Shown piece by piece: positions 55,578 through 64,000 of a stretch of 64,000 nucleotides of DNA. A program made the position numbers and the translations under genes. Position 1 is the stretch's first letter, and the number at the start of each line of letters is the position of its first letter. Below the pieces are notes generated by a model, which saw nothing but the letters and a program-made list of their open reading frames with translations, made no database searches and was not told the origin of the DNA. The DNA comes from Bdellovibrionia bacterium (GTDB lineage Bacteria; Bdellovibrionota; UBA1018): positions 16,017 to 80,016 of the forward strand of contig JBMSSC010000001.1 in NCBI GenBank assembly GCA_049424145.1, read 5' to 3'.

Positions 55578-57020
55578 GTGGGGACAATTCAAAAGATATT
55601 AAGATTCGGCCTAGGGTTTCTCGGGATTGGATTGCTCCATCCTGCTTGGGCCCAGCTACCCTTTGTTCAAGGCGAGGTTTTAGTGAAGTACAAGCAGGGG
55701 GTTCTGCGTGAGCGTGTGAGTATGAATGCGCTTTACGATTCCGTGGGAGCCTCTCGTGTTCATCGGTTTCACGGGGCTGTGGGGAGTTTTGAGAAACTGG
55801 TCTTAGACGATCGCCAGGGAGTGGCCGAGGTCGTTAGTCGCTTACAAAATGAAGATTCTGTGGAATGGGCGCAGCCGAACTACCTTCTTCATCTTCTGCC
55901 GGTATTTCCGGCTGCGGAACGACAAGTGCGTGAGCCGCAAATTGAGACTCTGCCGTTTGCTCCATGGGCATCGGAGTTGGCGGGGTTGAGTCCATGGGAT
56001 GATTCCGGTTCTGAGGCTGAGATCAGCCGTAGGAAGCCAAAAAAAGACCCCTCTTTCGATCGTCCCCGGATTCATCCGCTGCCTCTGCATGAACCTGAGG
56101 TCGTGGTTGATCCCGATTTAGCTCAAGCCTATGGTTTGAGTAAGATTGGGGCGCCTCAGGTCTGGCCGTTTGCTCGCGGGAGTCGCTCCATTATCGTGGC
56201 GGATATCGATACGGGAGTGGATTATAATCATCCAGACTTAGTTTTTAATATTTGGAGAAATCCCCATCCGGTGAAGAACGATTTAGTGGGATTTGATTTT
56301 GTCCACCAAGATGGATTGCCCTACGATGACAATGAACATGGGACCCATGTGGCAGGGATCATTGGGGCGGTCGGGTCCAATGGTCTGGGAGTTTCCGGGG
56401 TGAGTCAGCGGGTCTCAATCATGGTGCTGAAATTCCTCAGTGGATCGGGCTCAGGAACAACCTCCGATGCGATTGAAGCCATTGATTATGCCGTATCGCA
56501 CGGAGCAAAGGTTTTAAATAACAGTTGGGGCAGCTCTGGCGGGTCAGGCAAGGACAATCAGTTGCTGATTGAGGCGTTTCATCGGGCCCGAGATCGGGGA
56601 GTGTTATTCATTGCTGCAGCCGGCAATGAAGGAAATGATAACGACGGCGAAGAAGCGGACTATCCGGCGGCCTTTCATTTGGAAAATGAGATTGCCGTGG
56701 CGGCAAGTGATGAAAAAGATGAGCTTGCTGAGTTCTCCAACTACGGGAAAAAAACCACTCACCTTGCTGCCCCTGGGGTTAACATCTACAGCACGGTTCC
56801 AGGAGGGGGCTATCGGGCGCTTTCAGGATCTTCTATGGCTGCTCCGATGGTGTCCGGAGCAGCGGCTCTGCTTTGGTCTGCACATCCGGATTGGACGGAT
56901 CAACAAATTAAGCAGGCTCTTTTGGATTCAGTCGATGCGATCCCCTCGCTGAAGGCTAAGGTCAGTACGGGGGGAAGACTCAATGTGGCCAATGCATTTT
57001 TTAGGCGCATCGGCCATTAA
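55578..57020 (+). CDS. secreted subtilisin-like serine protease (S8), paralogue of 54021..55439
   Basis: GTG start. Signal peptide. DTGVDYNHPDL, HGTHVAG, GSSMAAPMVSGAAALL. Co-linear with the upstream paralogue. Confidence 0.85.
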   Translation: MGTIQKILRFGLGFLGIGLLHPAWAQLPFVQGEVLVKYKQGVLRERVSMNALYDSVGASRVHRFHGAVGSFEKLVLDDRQGVAEVVSRLQNEDSVEWAQPNYLLHLLPVFPAAERQVREPQIETLPFAPWASELAGLSPWDDSGSEAEISRRKPKKDPSFDRPRIHPLPLHEPEVVVDPDLAQAYGLSKIGAPQVWPFARGSRSIIVADIDTGVDYNHPDLVFNIWRNPHPVKNDLVGFDFVHQDGLPYDDNEHGTHVAGIIGAVGSNGLGVSGVSQRVSIMVLKFLSGSGSGTTSDAIEAIDYAVSHGAKVLNNSWGSSGGSGKDNQLLIEAFHRARDRGVLFIAAAGNEGNDNDGEEADYPAAFHLENEIAVAASDEKDELAEFSNYGKKTTHLAAPGVNIYSTVPGGGYRALSGSSMAAPMVSGAAALLWSAHPDWTDQQIKQALLDSVDAIPSLKAKVSTGGRLNVANAFFRRIGH

Positions 57021-57165
57021 TTGAAAAAAAACCCAAAAAAAGAAAAGATGGTCTTAAGGCGCTGAGCGCAGTTTAAGGCATCTACACTGCATTGGTCGAA
57101 AAAAACCGCTGAGCTCAGGCTTAAGTGCTCCTTGGGATCCCATCAAACGCAGCGCTTGGTTTGGG

Positions 57166-57576
57166 TTAAGCAAATTTTCTTGAAAACGTTGCTCCTAAGC
57201 TCTTATGCTCGCGACCCATGGCCGTTAAGACTTCTTTTCGTTCCTGCTCTTCTTTGCAGGAGACGCAAAGAGTCGCCGTCGGACGGGCTTCGAGTCGTCG
57301 GATCTCAATGTCCTCTTGGCACTCTTGACACTCACCAAACGTTCCGTCTTCAATTCGTTTGAGAGCTTCGTCAATTTTTTTAATGTAGAGCGTTTCGCGA
57401 TTTCTGAGTCGCATTCTCATGGCTTGTTCGATGTCAGTGGTGGCTTGATCAATTTCATCGTAGCGATCATCGGCGCAAACACTGAAGTCTTCTCGAACCA
57501 CTCGATCGTTGAATAAAATTTTCTCTCTCTGGGATTCAAAAATTCTTTTGAATTTCCTGATGATTTCCTTTTTCAT
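57166..57576 (-). CDS. DksA/TraR-family C4 zinc-finger protein
   Basis: DxxDxA tip (DEIDQAT). C4 finger CQECQEDIEIRRLEARPTATLCVSC. It overlaps the mglA stop by 4 nt. Confidence 0.8.
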   Translation of the reverse strand: MKKEIIRKFKRIFESQREKILFNDRVVREDFSVCADDRYDEIDQATTDIEQAMRMRLRNRETLYIKKIDEALKRIEDGTFGECQECQEDIEIRRLEARPTATLCVSCKEEQERKEVLTAMGREHKSLGATFSRKFA

Positions 57577-58166
57577 GGTGTTTCTGCCCCCTTAAGTTCA
57601 CGGATGATCGATTGACTGATGGATTGTAGGGTTTCCATAACGCCTTGTCCACTATTTGCAACAGCTTCGAAATAGGGGCGACGCATGGGGTTAAAGGTTG
57701 CTTCCATTTCTGAAATACTCACAACTCCAGGCATATCTCTTTTGTTGTACTGAAAAACAAGAGGTAGTTTGCTGAGATCGTATCCTTGTTTTTCAAGGCT
57801 CTTTTCAAGAGCTTCAAATGCTTCAATATTGGACTCCATTCGTTCGGATTGGCTATCGGCAACAAAGACGATTCCGTCAACGCCTTTGAGAATAAATTGC
57901 CTGGAGACTTCGTAAAACGTTTGCCCAGGAATGGTATAAAGGTGAAAGCGCGTTTTGTAGCCCTTGACCTCGCCGATGGCCAGAGGCAGAAAATCAAAAA
58001 AGAGGGTTCGTTCGTTTTCAGTGCTCAGAGTCACCAGCTTTCCTCGGTGGGCTTGCTGCGTGTGCTCATAAATGTATTGAACGTTGGTTGTTTTTCCGCT
58101 TAATCCAGGACCAAAGTAGATGACTTTGCAGTTAATCTCTTTGGTCGCATAATTGATGAAGCTCAC
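57573..58166 (-). CDS. mglA: Ras-like small GTPase MglA
   Basis: 197 aa. The first half is near-identical to Myxococcus MglA (MSFINY…REINCK…Y.GPGL.GKTTN.QYIY…TLFFDFLP…RFHLYT.PGQ.FY…ILKGVDG.VFVADSQ). Confidence 0.9.
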   Translation of the reverse strand: MSFINYATKEINCKVIYFGPGLSGKTTNVQYIYEHTQQAHRGKLVTLSTENERTLFFDFLPLAIGEVKGYKTRFHLYTIPGQTFYEVSRQFILKGVDGIVFVADSQSERMESNIEAFEALEKSLEKQGYDLSKLPLVFQYNKRDMPGVVSISEMEATFNPMRRPYFEAVANSGQGVMETLQSISQSIIRELKGAETP

Positions 58167-58787
58167 TTAATTGATCTCCATTCGGTTTTCTAATGCTTTA
58201 CTCAGGGTTTGTCGGTCAGTGTATTCCAATAAGCCGCCGACAGGAAGACCATGAGCTAATTTTGTTAATCGCATTCCCAATGGTTTTAGCAGTTGAATGA
58301 GGTACAGGCTAGTGGCTTCTCCCTCGACACTTGAGTTTGTAGCTAAAATTATTTCCCGAATGTTATTCTCTGTGGATTGAAGTCGAGTCAAAAGCTCGCG
58401 GATCTTGAGTTCCTCAGGACCAATTCCATCTAAAGGCGAGAGCGTGCCATGAAGGACATGGTAAACGCCATTGAAAGTATGCGATTGCTCCAGTGAGTAG
58501 ACATCGCTGGGCCTCTCAACAATGCAAAGGAGGCTTGTGTCTCGCTCGGTGTCCAGGCAAATGGAACAGGTTTGAGCATGAGTGAACGTCAGACAGAGGT
58601 GGCAGAGGTGAGTTTTTTTCTTTGCATTTAAAACGGCATCCGAGAGTGCCTGTGCATAGGTCTCCTCCTGCTTTAAGATGAAATAAGAAAGCCGTGCAGC
58701 CGTTTTTTGTCCGATTCCGGGGAGCTTCGAGAGCTCAAAGATCAGTTTGGCTACAGGATCTCTGTGGTCAACTGGAGGTCTTTGCAT
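58167..58787 (-). CDS. recR: recombination protein RecR
   Basis: HhH (LPGIGQKTAARL), C4 zinc finger (CHLCLTFTHAQTCSIC), Toprim domain. I chose the start at M8 (58787). The track start at 58808 overlaps dnaX further. Confidence 0.85.
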   Translation of the reverse strand: MQRPPVDHRDPVAKLIFELSKLPGIGQKTAARLSYFILKQEETYAQALSDAVLNAKKKTHLCHLCLTFTHAQTCSICLDTERDTSLLCIVERPSDVYSLEQSHTFNGVYHVLHGTLSPLDGIGPEELKIRELLTRLQSTENNIREIILATNSSVEGEATSLYLIQLLKPLGMRLTKLAHGLPVGGLLEYTDRQTLSKALENRMEIN

Positions 58788-60492
58788 GCGGGTTCTCGAT
58801 GATCTCAATTTGGCCTAGTTCTCCTCCAAAAAGAGATTTGGCCTCAAGTAAGATCGGATGATTGAGGATTTTTTCTTTAAGTAAATTGGTCTGCTCTTGT
58901 TTGGCTCGTTCTTTTTTATGGATCAAGCTTTCCCCTGAACTCTTCATTTCAATCTGAAGTCGAACCGGAGCACCGAAGTACTCCCGGCTGAGCTGAAGAA
59001 GTTGTTCCTGATAGGTACGGGTTTGCAATTGCTCGCGGAAGTAGAGATTTTCGGAGTTAAAATAAATGACCAGTTCTGCTTGGGCCTGAGGGGAGGAAGG
59101 GATACTCGAGTCACAGGCATGCTCTAAGATCGAAGCCAAAAGGGGCCTCGTTTTTCTGATGTGATCAATGAGGCCCTCCCAGCAGACTTTTCCTGGCTTT
59201 TGAGCAGAGCTCGTTTTTGAGGCTAGCGGTACCTCAGGGCGAGCTAAGTTCTGCGGCTGAGACTGCGGCTGTGGCTGAGACTGAGGAGTGGGAACGCTAG
59301 GAGGATTTCTTTCAGCGTGAGATTCAACCGGGGTGAGGCTCCGAGGCTTTTGGGCTGGCTCTTGGCTCAGGGAGTTGAGCTCAATGAATGCGTCGGCTGT
59401 GGCACACTTAATGATCAAAACGTCTAAGACGATCTTGGGCTGAAGCGACTTGGCCACCCATTCGAGTCCCGTGTGAAAGATTTGAAAGATGAACTCAAGT
59501 TCTTCCAGGGGTCTGAGTTGTGCGAGGCTCTGAAGCTCTTGGTATTCTTCTTCAGAAAAGGAGCTGAAGCTCGTCAAAGGGGCTCCAACCTGAGCTAAAA
59601 GACAGCCATGTAAGAATTCAATGAGGGTTCGAGTGAAAACGCGGAGGTCATGGCCTTCCTCATAAGCTCTTTCGATCAGAGGAAGACACTCCTTGGGGTT
59701 TCTTTTAAAGATCCCCGAGAGAATGCCTAAGATCACTTGTCCATCCATGAGTCCAATGCTCTGTCGAACAGAAGTTAAGGTGACCCGGGAGCCTGAAAAC
59801 GCAATGACTTGATCTAATAATGAAAGCGCATCGCGCATGCTGCCTTCGGCCGAGCGCGCAATGAGGGCTAAAGAAGCAGGCTCCGCTTCAATGCCCTCAG
59901 CTTGAACGATGAATTTTAAGCGCGCTTCAATTTGTGCGAGATTCACTCGTCTATAATCAAAGCGTTGGCAGCGGGATAAAATTGTGGCAGGGATTTTATG
60001 AGGCTCTGTGGTAGCAAAAATAAAGATCACATGCGCAGGGGGCTCTTCTAGGGTCTTTAATAAAGCATTGAAGGCGGCTGTTGTGAGCATGTGGACTTCA
60101 TCGATGATGTAGATTTTTCGGTCGCCCGTTAAAGGCATGTATTTGGCGTTTTCCCGAATTTCTCGAACCGCATCGACTCCATTATTGGAGGCTCCGTCGA
60201 TTTCAATCACATCCACACTGTTGCCTTGAGTGATCTCTCGACAGCTGGCGCATTGATCACAGGACTGAAGAAAGTCTCCTTCGATTTGGATCTGTTGGCA
60301 ACGAACGGCTTTTGCAAAAATACGCGCAATCGAGGTCTTCCCAACGCCTCGAGCACCCGTAAAAAGGTAGGCTTGATGAATCCTCTTGAGTTGAATGGCA
60401 TTGCTGAGAGTGCGAACAATATGGCTTTGGCCCACGATGTGTGAGAATTGCGCTGGACGCCATTTCCTGGCCAAGACTACATACGGTGCCAC
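58768..60492 (-). CDS. dnaX: DNA polymerase III subunit tau/gamma
   Basis: AAA+ clamp-loader motifs (GARGVGKTS, DEVHML, SRC). Zinc module CDQCASC. Low-complexity PQSQPQPQSQPQ linker. Confidence 0.9.
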   Translation of the reverse strand: MAPYVVLARKWRPAQFSHIVGQSHIVRTLSNAIQLKRIHQAYLFTGARGVGKTSIARIFAKAVRCQQIQIEGDFLQSCDQCASCREITQGNSVDVIEIDGASNNGVDAVREIRENAKYMPLTGDRKIYIIDEVHMLTTAAFNALLKTLEEPPAHVIFIFATTEPHKIPATILSRCQRFDYRRVNLAQIEARLKFIVQAEGIEAEPASLALIARSAEGSMRDALSLLDQVIAFSGSRVTLTSVRQSIGLMDGQVILGILSGIFKRNPKECLPLIERAYEEGHDLRVFTRTLIEFLHGCLLAQVGAPLTSFSSFSEEEYQELQSLAQLRPLEELEFIFQIFHTGLEWVAKSLQPKIVLDVLIIKCATADAFIELNSLSQEPAQKPRSLTPVESHAERNPPSVPTPQSQPQPQSQPQNLARPEVPLASKTSSAQKPGKVCWEGLIDHIRKTRPLLASILEHACDSSIPSSPQAQAELVIYFNSENLYFREQLQTRTYQEQLLQLSREYFGAPVRLQIEMKSSGESLIHKKERAKQEQTNLLKEKILNHPILLEAKSLFGGELGQIEIIENPHAKTSS

Positions 60493-60658
60493 TGCTTGAC
60501 TCTCCTCGATCTAAACGGCTTCATATCCTTTGAAGTAATGGGGGGACACTATCTTGTCTAAATCGGAGAAACAAGTCCAAATCCCATTGTCCAATCAAAA
60601 GGCATGCCGTTTCTTGAAACCTGCAGTAGGAGCCCGTGAGCGGCTTTGTTGGGGTGAG

Positions 60659-61720
60659 CTAGCGATGGAAAGGGGGGGCTAAAAGCGGGATCTGGTTTTG
60701 ATTGAAGTAAGCCAGGAGTTGCGCGTTGAGGTCCGAAGTAGCCGCTGGCAAGTGAGTGAAGTCGCTCACGCCATAGGAAATGCCAATGAGGGGGTGACCG
60801 TCTGAGAGGCTTAAAAGATTCACGGAGATGGGGTGGTTCTGGTCAATTTTTTCAATGCCTTGAGCAATTTTTAAAAACTCCGCTCGCACTTGGGAGAATT
60901 CGATGGAGCTTGGAAGTCGAACTTGGACTTGAGAGATCATCTGGCGGCTGGATAAAGAGAGGTTCACAATTCTCGTATTGACGAGTTCTGAGTTAGGGAC
61001 AATCAGAGTGTTTCCGTCAGTTGTTCGGATTTGAGTGCTCCTTAAGCCAATGACTTTGACATCGCCTGAGGCTGGACCGAGCGAGATTCGATCCCCGGGC
61101 TTGAGGTTTCGGTCCATGATCAGGATGAAGCCTGAAATCATGTTGGAGAGAGTGTCTTTCGCTGCAAGCCCGACGGCTAAGGAGCTGACTCCGAGAGCGG
61201 TAATAAAAGACATCACATCATAATTGAAGTGTTTTAGGATGACGATGCCCCCAGTGAGGGTCACAAACACGCTTAAGATATTTTGAAGGAGCGGGACAAA
61301 GCCTGAGTCAAACGTCTCATAATGGTCCGCTTTTTGGGAGGACCAGTCGATTCCGAGCAGGGCCATTCGTTTTAAGAGCAGCAGGCCAAACACCACGGTG
61401 AAAACAAAGCACACGTGATTGAGTCGGTGATAAATGCGGTCCTCTAAAGGTGCGAGTTCTAAAAAAAAGTTAAAACCCACGAGGCCAATGATTCCGGATA
61501 AAGCAGTCCACAGGGAGTCGATCACTCGCGGGTCTTTCCCTCCGCGACTCACCGATTGGAGCCAGTTTTTCTTGGCTTCAAAAGCCGATTTGGCTTGGAG
61601 GTGGATAAATAACGTCACTGGAATCATGCTCAGAGCTAAGACCCAGTCTTTGACGGCAGTTAAATGAGACGAGTAGTGAGAAAAAAAATTTTCCATGGAA
61701 CAGGATTGAGAATACCACAA
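60659..61720 (-). CDS. small-conductance mechanosensitive channel (MscS family)
   Basis: Three N-terminal TM helices. Conserved TM3/beta-domain region (…NMISGFILIMDRNLKPGDRISLGPASGDVKVIGLRSTQIRTTDGNTLIVPNS). Confidence 0.8.
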   Translation of the reverse strand: MWYSQSCSMENFFSHYSSHLTAVKDWVLALSMIPVTLFIHLQAKSAFEAKKNWLQSVSRGGKDPRVIDSLWTALSGIIGLVGFNFFLELAPLEDRIYHRLNHVCFVFTVVFGLLLLKRMALLGIDWSSQKADHYETFDSGFVPLLQNILSVFVTLTGGIVILKHFNYDVMSFITALGVSSLAVGLAAKDTLSNMISGFILIMDRNLKPGDRISLGPASGDVKVIGLRSTQIRTTDGNTLIVPNSELVNTRIVNLSLSSRQMISQVQVRLPSSIEFSQVRAEFLKIAQGIEKIDQNHPISVNLLSLSDGHPLIGISYGVSDFTHLPAATSDLNAQLLAYFNQNQIPLLAPPFHR

Positions 61721-61787
61721 ACCGATTGAAATTCCATTGAGTGAGTGACAGACTTGTTCGAAGTTTTGAAAGACGAATAAAGGGTAA

Positions 61788-62357
61788 TTGAACTTGAAAC
61801 ATTTTTATTTTCCAGTCAGTTTCGGTACGATTCTGATGAGTTGGACCTCTGAAGATTTGCTTTATCGAATCGAGTGGTCCGCCAATCGCTTGATTGCTTA
61901 TCAGAAAGTCAGCGTTCCTTCGCAGTTTGGAGAATTAATTGATTCCATTCGAGCCTACTTCTACCAAGGAGAGCCATTGATGCCGATTCCTTGGGAGTGG
62001 TTGGATCAAAGTGAGTGGAGTGAGTTTCAAAAGGACGTTTATCGGACGATCGCTCAGATTCCTCATGGACAGAGAAGGACTTATGGCTGGGTGGCAGCCA
62101 AGCTCGGCAAGGTTTCCGCTCATCGGGCTGTTGGTCAGGCATTGAAGAAAAATCCTCTGCCCATTTTAATTCCCTGTCATCGCATTCAATGCCGTCAGTC
62201 CCTGGGGGGATTTATGGGCTCTTTGGATCCTCGATGTGCCGAGATGCACCTCAAGCGCAAGCTCTTGGCTTTAGAGGAAGAGTATGAAAGCCCGTTGTTC
62301 TCCTTTTTAACTCCTGAGGCGGGGCGGAGTTTTTTTGAGTCCATGCGGACGAACTAA
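61788..62357 (+). CDS. ogt: methylated-DNA--protein-cysteine methyltransferase (Ogt/Ada C-domain type)
   Basis: Active-site IPCHRI (PCHR motif) with flanking GQRRTYGWVAAKLG…AVGQA. The start may be the downstream ATG at 61836. Confidence 0.8.
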   Translation: MNLKHFYFPVSFGTILMSWTSEDLLYRIEWSANRLIAYQKVSVPSQFGELIDSIRAYFYQGEPLMPIPWEWLDQSEWSEFQKDVYRTIAQIPHGQRRTYGWVAAKLGKVSAHRAVGQALKKNPLPILIPCHRIQCRQSLGGFMGSLDPRCAEMHLKRKLLALEEEYESPLFSFLTPEAGRSFFESMRTN

Positions 62358-62375
62358 GATGCGGAGTGACTGGGC

Positions 62376-63770
62376 GTGAAAATCAAGGGCTCTAGGCTCT
62401 GGGCAAGCAGTGGATTTTTGGTTTGCTCAGGGATTTTAGCTCTGGGGATTGCTCAGGCTTACTGGCGGGGGGCTCCGGATTTTTCGGTTTTTTACCAAGC
62501 AGGAAGGCTGGTCCTCGAAGGTCGGGGTCTTGAGATCTATCGAGTCAGCCCGGATCGTTTCTTATATGGGCCGGGATTTGCTTGGCTTTTTAGTCCAATC
62601 GCGGTTTTTCCTCGGCCGTGGGCTTTGGCTTTATGGTGTGCGGCTAAAGTGATGGTCTGTGTAGGCATGGCTTGGGGCTTAGGTCAGGCCTATCAAAGAA
62701 AAAGTCCGCTTCGGGATGGAGGAGTTTTTTGGGGTCTTTTGTTTTGGTCATGTGTTTTTATTGCTCGCCCTTTGTTGATCGATTTTTACTACGGTCAGGT
62801 CAATCTGATGGTGTTGGGGGCTTGTGTTTGGGCTTTGCTCAGGCATCATGAGGACCATGAGGGGCATCTGGGTCATCCGGGTCATCCGGGTCATGAAGAG
62901 TGGGTGATTGGGTCCGCGCGGAGTTCTTCACTAGGAGCGTTGAGTGGGGCCTCCTCCCAAATCTCGGCTCACCCAAGTTGGTCCGGGGAGTCTAAAGCGC
63001 CGTTGCAAGAATCGATCAAAGACGGCTTGAGTTTCACGCTCTTGACTTGGGCTGCGCTTTCAAAGTTATTTCCCTTGCCTTTGCTTTTGCTTCCCTGGTT
63101 GCCGTTTCAGCGGGTTTCTTCCCGCAAAAGGCGCTCGGAGCAACTCGGTATTGTCCTGGGTGTTTTCTCCCTGCTTGGGGTTTTGCAATTTTCTGTGGGT
63201 TGGGAGGGGCTCTTCAGTCTATTGATGCAGTGGAAAGAGGCACTTCTTTTGAAGGGCTTGCCTTTAGAGTCTCATAATCAGAGTTTTACCGCTCTTTTGT
63301 ATCATTATTTTAGTGGCCAACCCACGCCTGTGATTGCAGAAGGAGGGCGGCTTTTTACCTTGGGCTGGCAGAGTTTATCTCAGGCTCAGATTCAGGCGAT
63401 CAGTGGGGTTTGGACTCTGACGTGGATGGCACTCATTTTAGGTTGGCTCTGTGCTCATTCTCGAGTGGAGCACCTCAGGTGGATGGCGATCCTCATTGGG
63501 CTTCTCATTCTCCCTTCTTACTTGATTTGGAAGCCTTATTTTGTCATGACTTTACCATTAGCGATTTTTATCCTTCATTGGAGTGTTCTGAAGCGAAGCC
63601 TTGGGCTGGGGCTTGCTTGGGTAGTGTTGTTCTTTGTATTCAACTTGAGCGGGTTTGATTTTGTTGGGCATCAGGCTGCAACGTACTTGGAGTCGGCCTC
63701 GGTTTTGCTCTTAGTCCACGTAGCGTTGATGCTGATCACAGTGGCCTTGCCTCAATTGAAAACGCGCTAG
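62376..63770 (+). CDS. polytopic membrane protein, GT-C-like (DUF2029/GT87-like?) with a His-rich loop
   Basis: 464 aa, ~12 TM helices. Loop HHEDHEGHLGHPGHPGHEEW. The family assignment is tentative. Confidence 0.55.
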   Translation: MKIKGSRLWASSGFLVCSGILALGIAQAYWRGAPDFSVFYQAGRLVLEGRGLEIYRVSPDRFLYGPGFAWLFSPIAVFPRPWALALWCAAKVMVCVGMAWGLGQAYQRKSPLRDGGVFWGLLFWSCVFIARPLLIDFYYGQVNLMVLGACVWALLRHHEDHEGHLGHPGHPGHEEWVIGSARSSSLGALSGASSQISAHPSWSGESKAPLQESIKDGLSFTLLTWAALSKLFPLPLLLLPWLPFQRVSSRKRRSEQLGIVLGVFSLLGVLQFSVGWEGLFSLLMQWKEALLLKGLPLESHNQSFTALLYHYFSGQPTPVIAEGGRLFTLGWQSLSQAQIQAISGVWTLTWMALILGWLCAHSRVEHLRWMAILIGLLILPSYLIWKPYFVMTLPLAIFILHWSVLKRSLGLGLAWVVLFFVFNLSGFDFVGHQAATYLESASVLLLVHVALMLITVALPQLKTR

Positions 63771-64000
63771 TTTGCCCGGGGACTGAGAGCTCTGGGCGGG
63801 TAAAGTGGAGTTTGGAAGCTTGGATTTGAGTTGAGCCCACTGAAGAAAGACGGATGGGTTTTGACCGGTGAGGGCAGTAGCAGGGGTGAATGCCGTCAGA
63901 TTCTTGGCCCTGTTGAGGTTGTCCTGAGTTCGCTTAGGATCGGTTTGAATGGGGTGATGAGAATTAGTTTTTGTTTTTAATTTAAATAAAAAATAAATAT

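Noticed and set aside
59250-59295. Imperfect direct repeat (ggctgagactg …) inside dnaX
   Set aside because: It simply encodes the low-complexity PQSQPQPQSQPQ linker between tau domains. That is common in DnaX and not a separate element.
60493-60658. Searched upstream of dnaX for the 4.5S/SRP RNA gene (ffs), which is often adjacent to dnaX
   Set aside because: I found no GGAAGCAGC/helix-8-like motif on either strand of the 166-bp interval.
1-64000. Looked for CRISPR arrays, transposases, integrases, phage structural genes, restriction-modification genes and toxin-antitoxin pairs
   Set aside because: None is recognisable. The only repeat of note is the 3,231-bp tandem duplication, which has no mobile-element hallmarks (no inverted terminal repeats and no transposase).

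Overview
The window is a 64-kb stretch of a Gram-negative bacterial chromosome with moderate GC and mostly core genes. There are no rRNA or tRNA genes, no CRISPR array, and no transposase or integrase.

Gene order, start to end:
- GAF/MsrC-like protein, then lspA-lgt.
- A BtuFCD/FecBCD-type ABC importer plus a small outer-membrane beta-barrel protein.
- A DksA-like protein, galU, priA, lepB, an LptF/G-family permease, def-fmt.
- hutH-rpe-hutI, a TlpA-like/PAP2-like pair, a large polytopic membrane protein, and rlmE.
- A secreted 14-blade RCC1-repeat protein, present twice.
- A [PNP-family]-mreB-[YcgR-like PilZ] operon.
- A long division/cell-wall cluster (class-B-like PBP, rsmH, ftsL, ftsI with C-terminal PASTA, murE, mraY, murD, ftsW, murG, murC, murB, ftsQ, ftsZ). 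An antisense pair of M16 peptidases sits between murB and ftsQ.
- A GT-C glycosyltransferase, a GNAT acetyltransferase, and two tandem S8 subtilases.
- A dnaX-recR-mglA-[DksA-like] cluster, an MscS channel, ogt, and another polytopic membrane protein.

Most notable observations:
1. A perfect 3,231-bp head-to-tail tandem duplication (23239..26469 = 26470..29700). It carries the whole RCC1-repeat gene, its ~600-bp upstream region and the first 247 bp of rlmE, leaving a truncated rlmE' fragment at the junction.
2. An in-frame TAG inside the essential mraY, at a conserved Leu codon. TAG is otherwise used as a normal stop here (galU, the 7154..7987 gene).
3. An atypical division/cell-wall cluster. 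I see no mraZ, murF, ddl or ftsA in the window, and ftsQ is followed directly by ftsZ.
4. mreB is co-transcribed with a YcgR-type c-di-GMP effector instead of mreCD.
5. mglA (Ras-like GTPase) is followed by a DksA/TraR zinc-finger protein rather than mglB.

The gene content (MglA, many secreted proteases, Lpt/Lol machinery) fits a Bdellovibrio-like predatory lineage. That is inference only.
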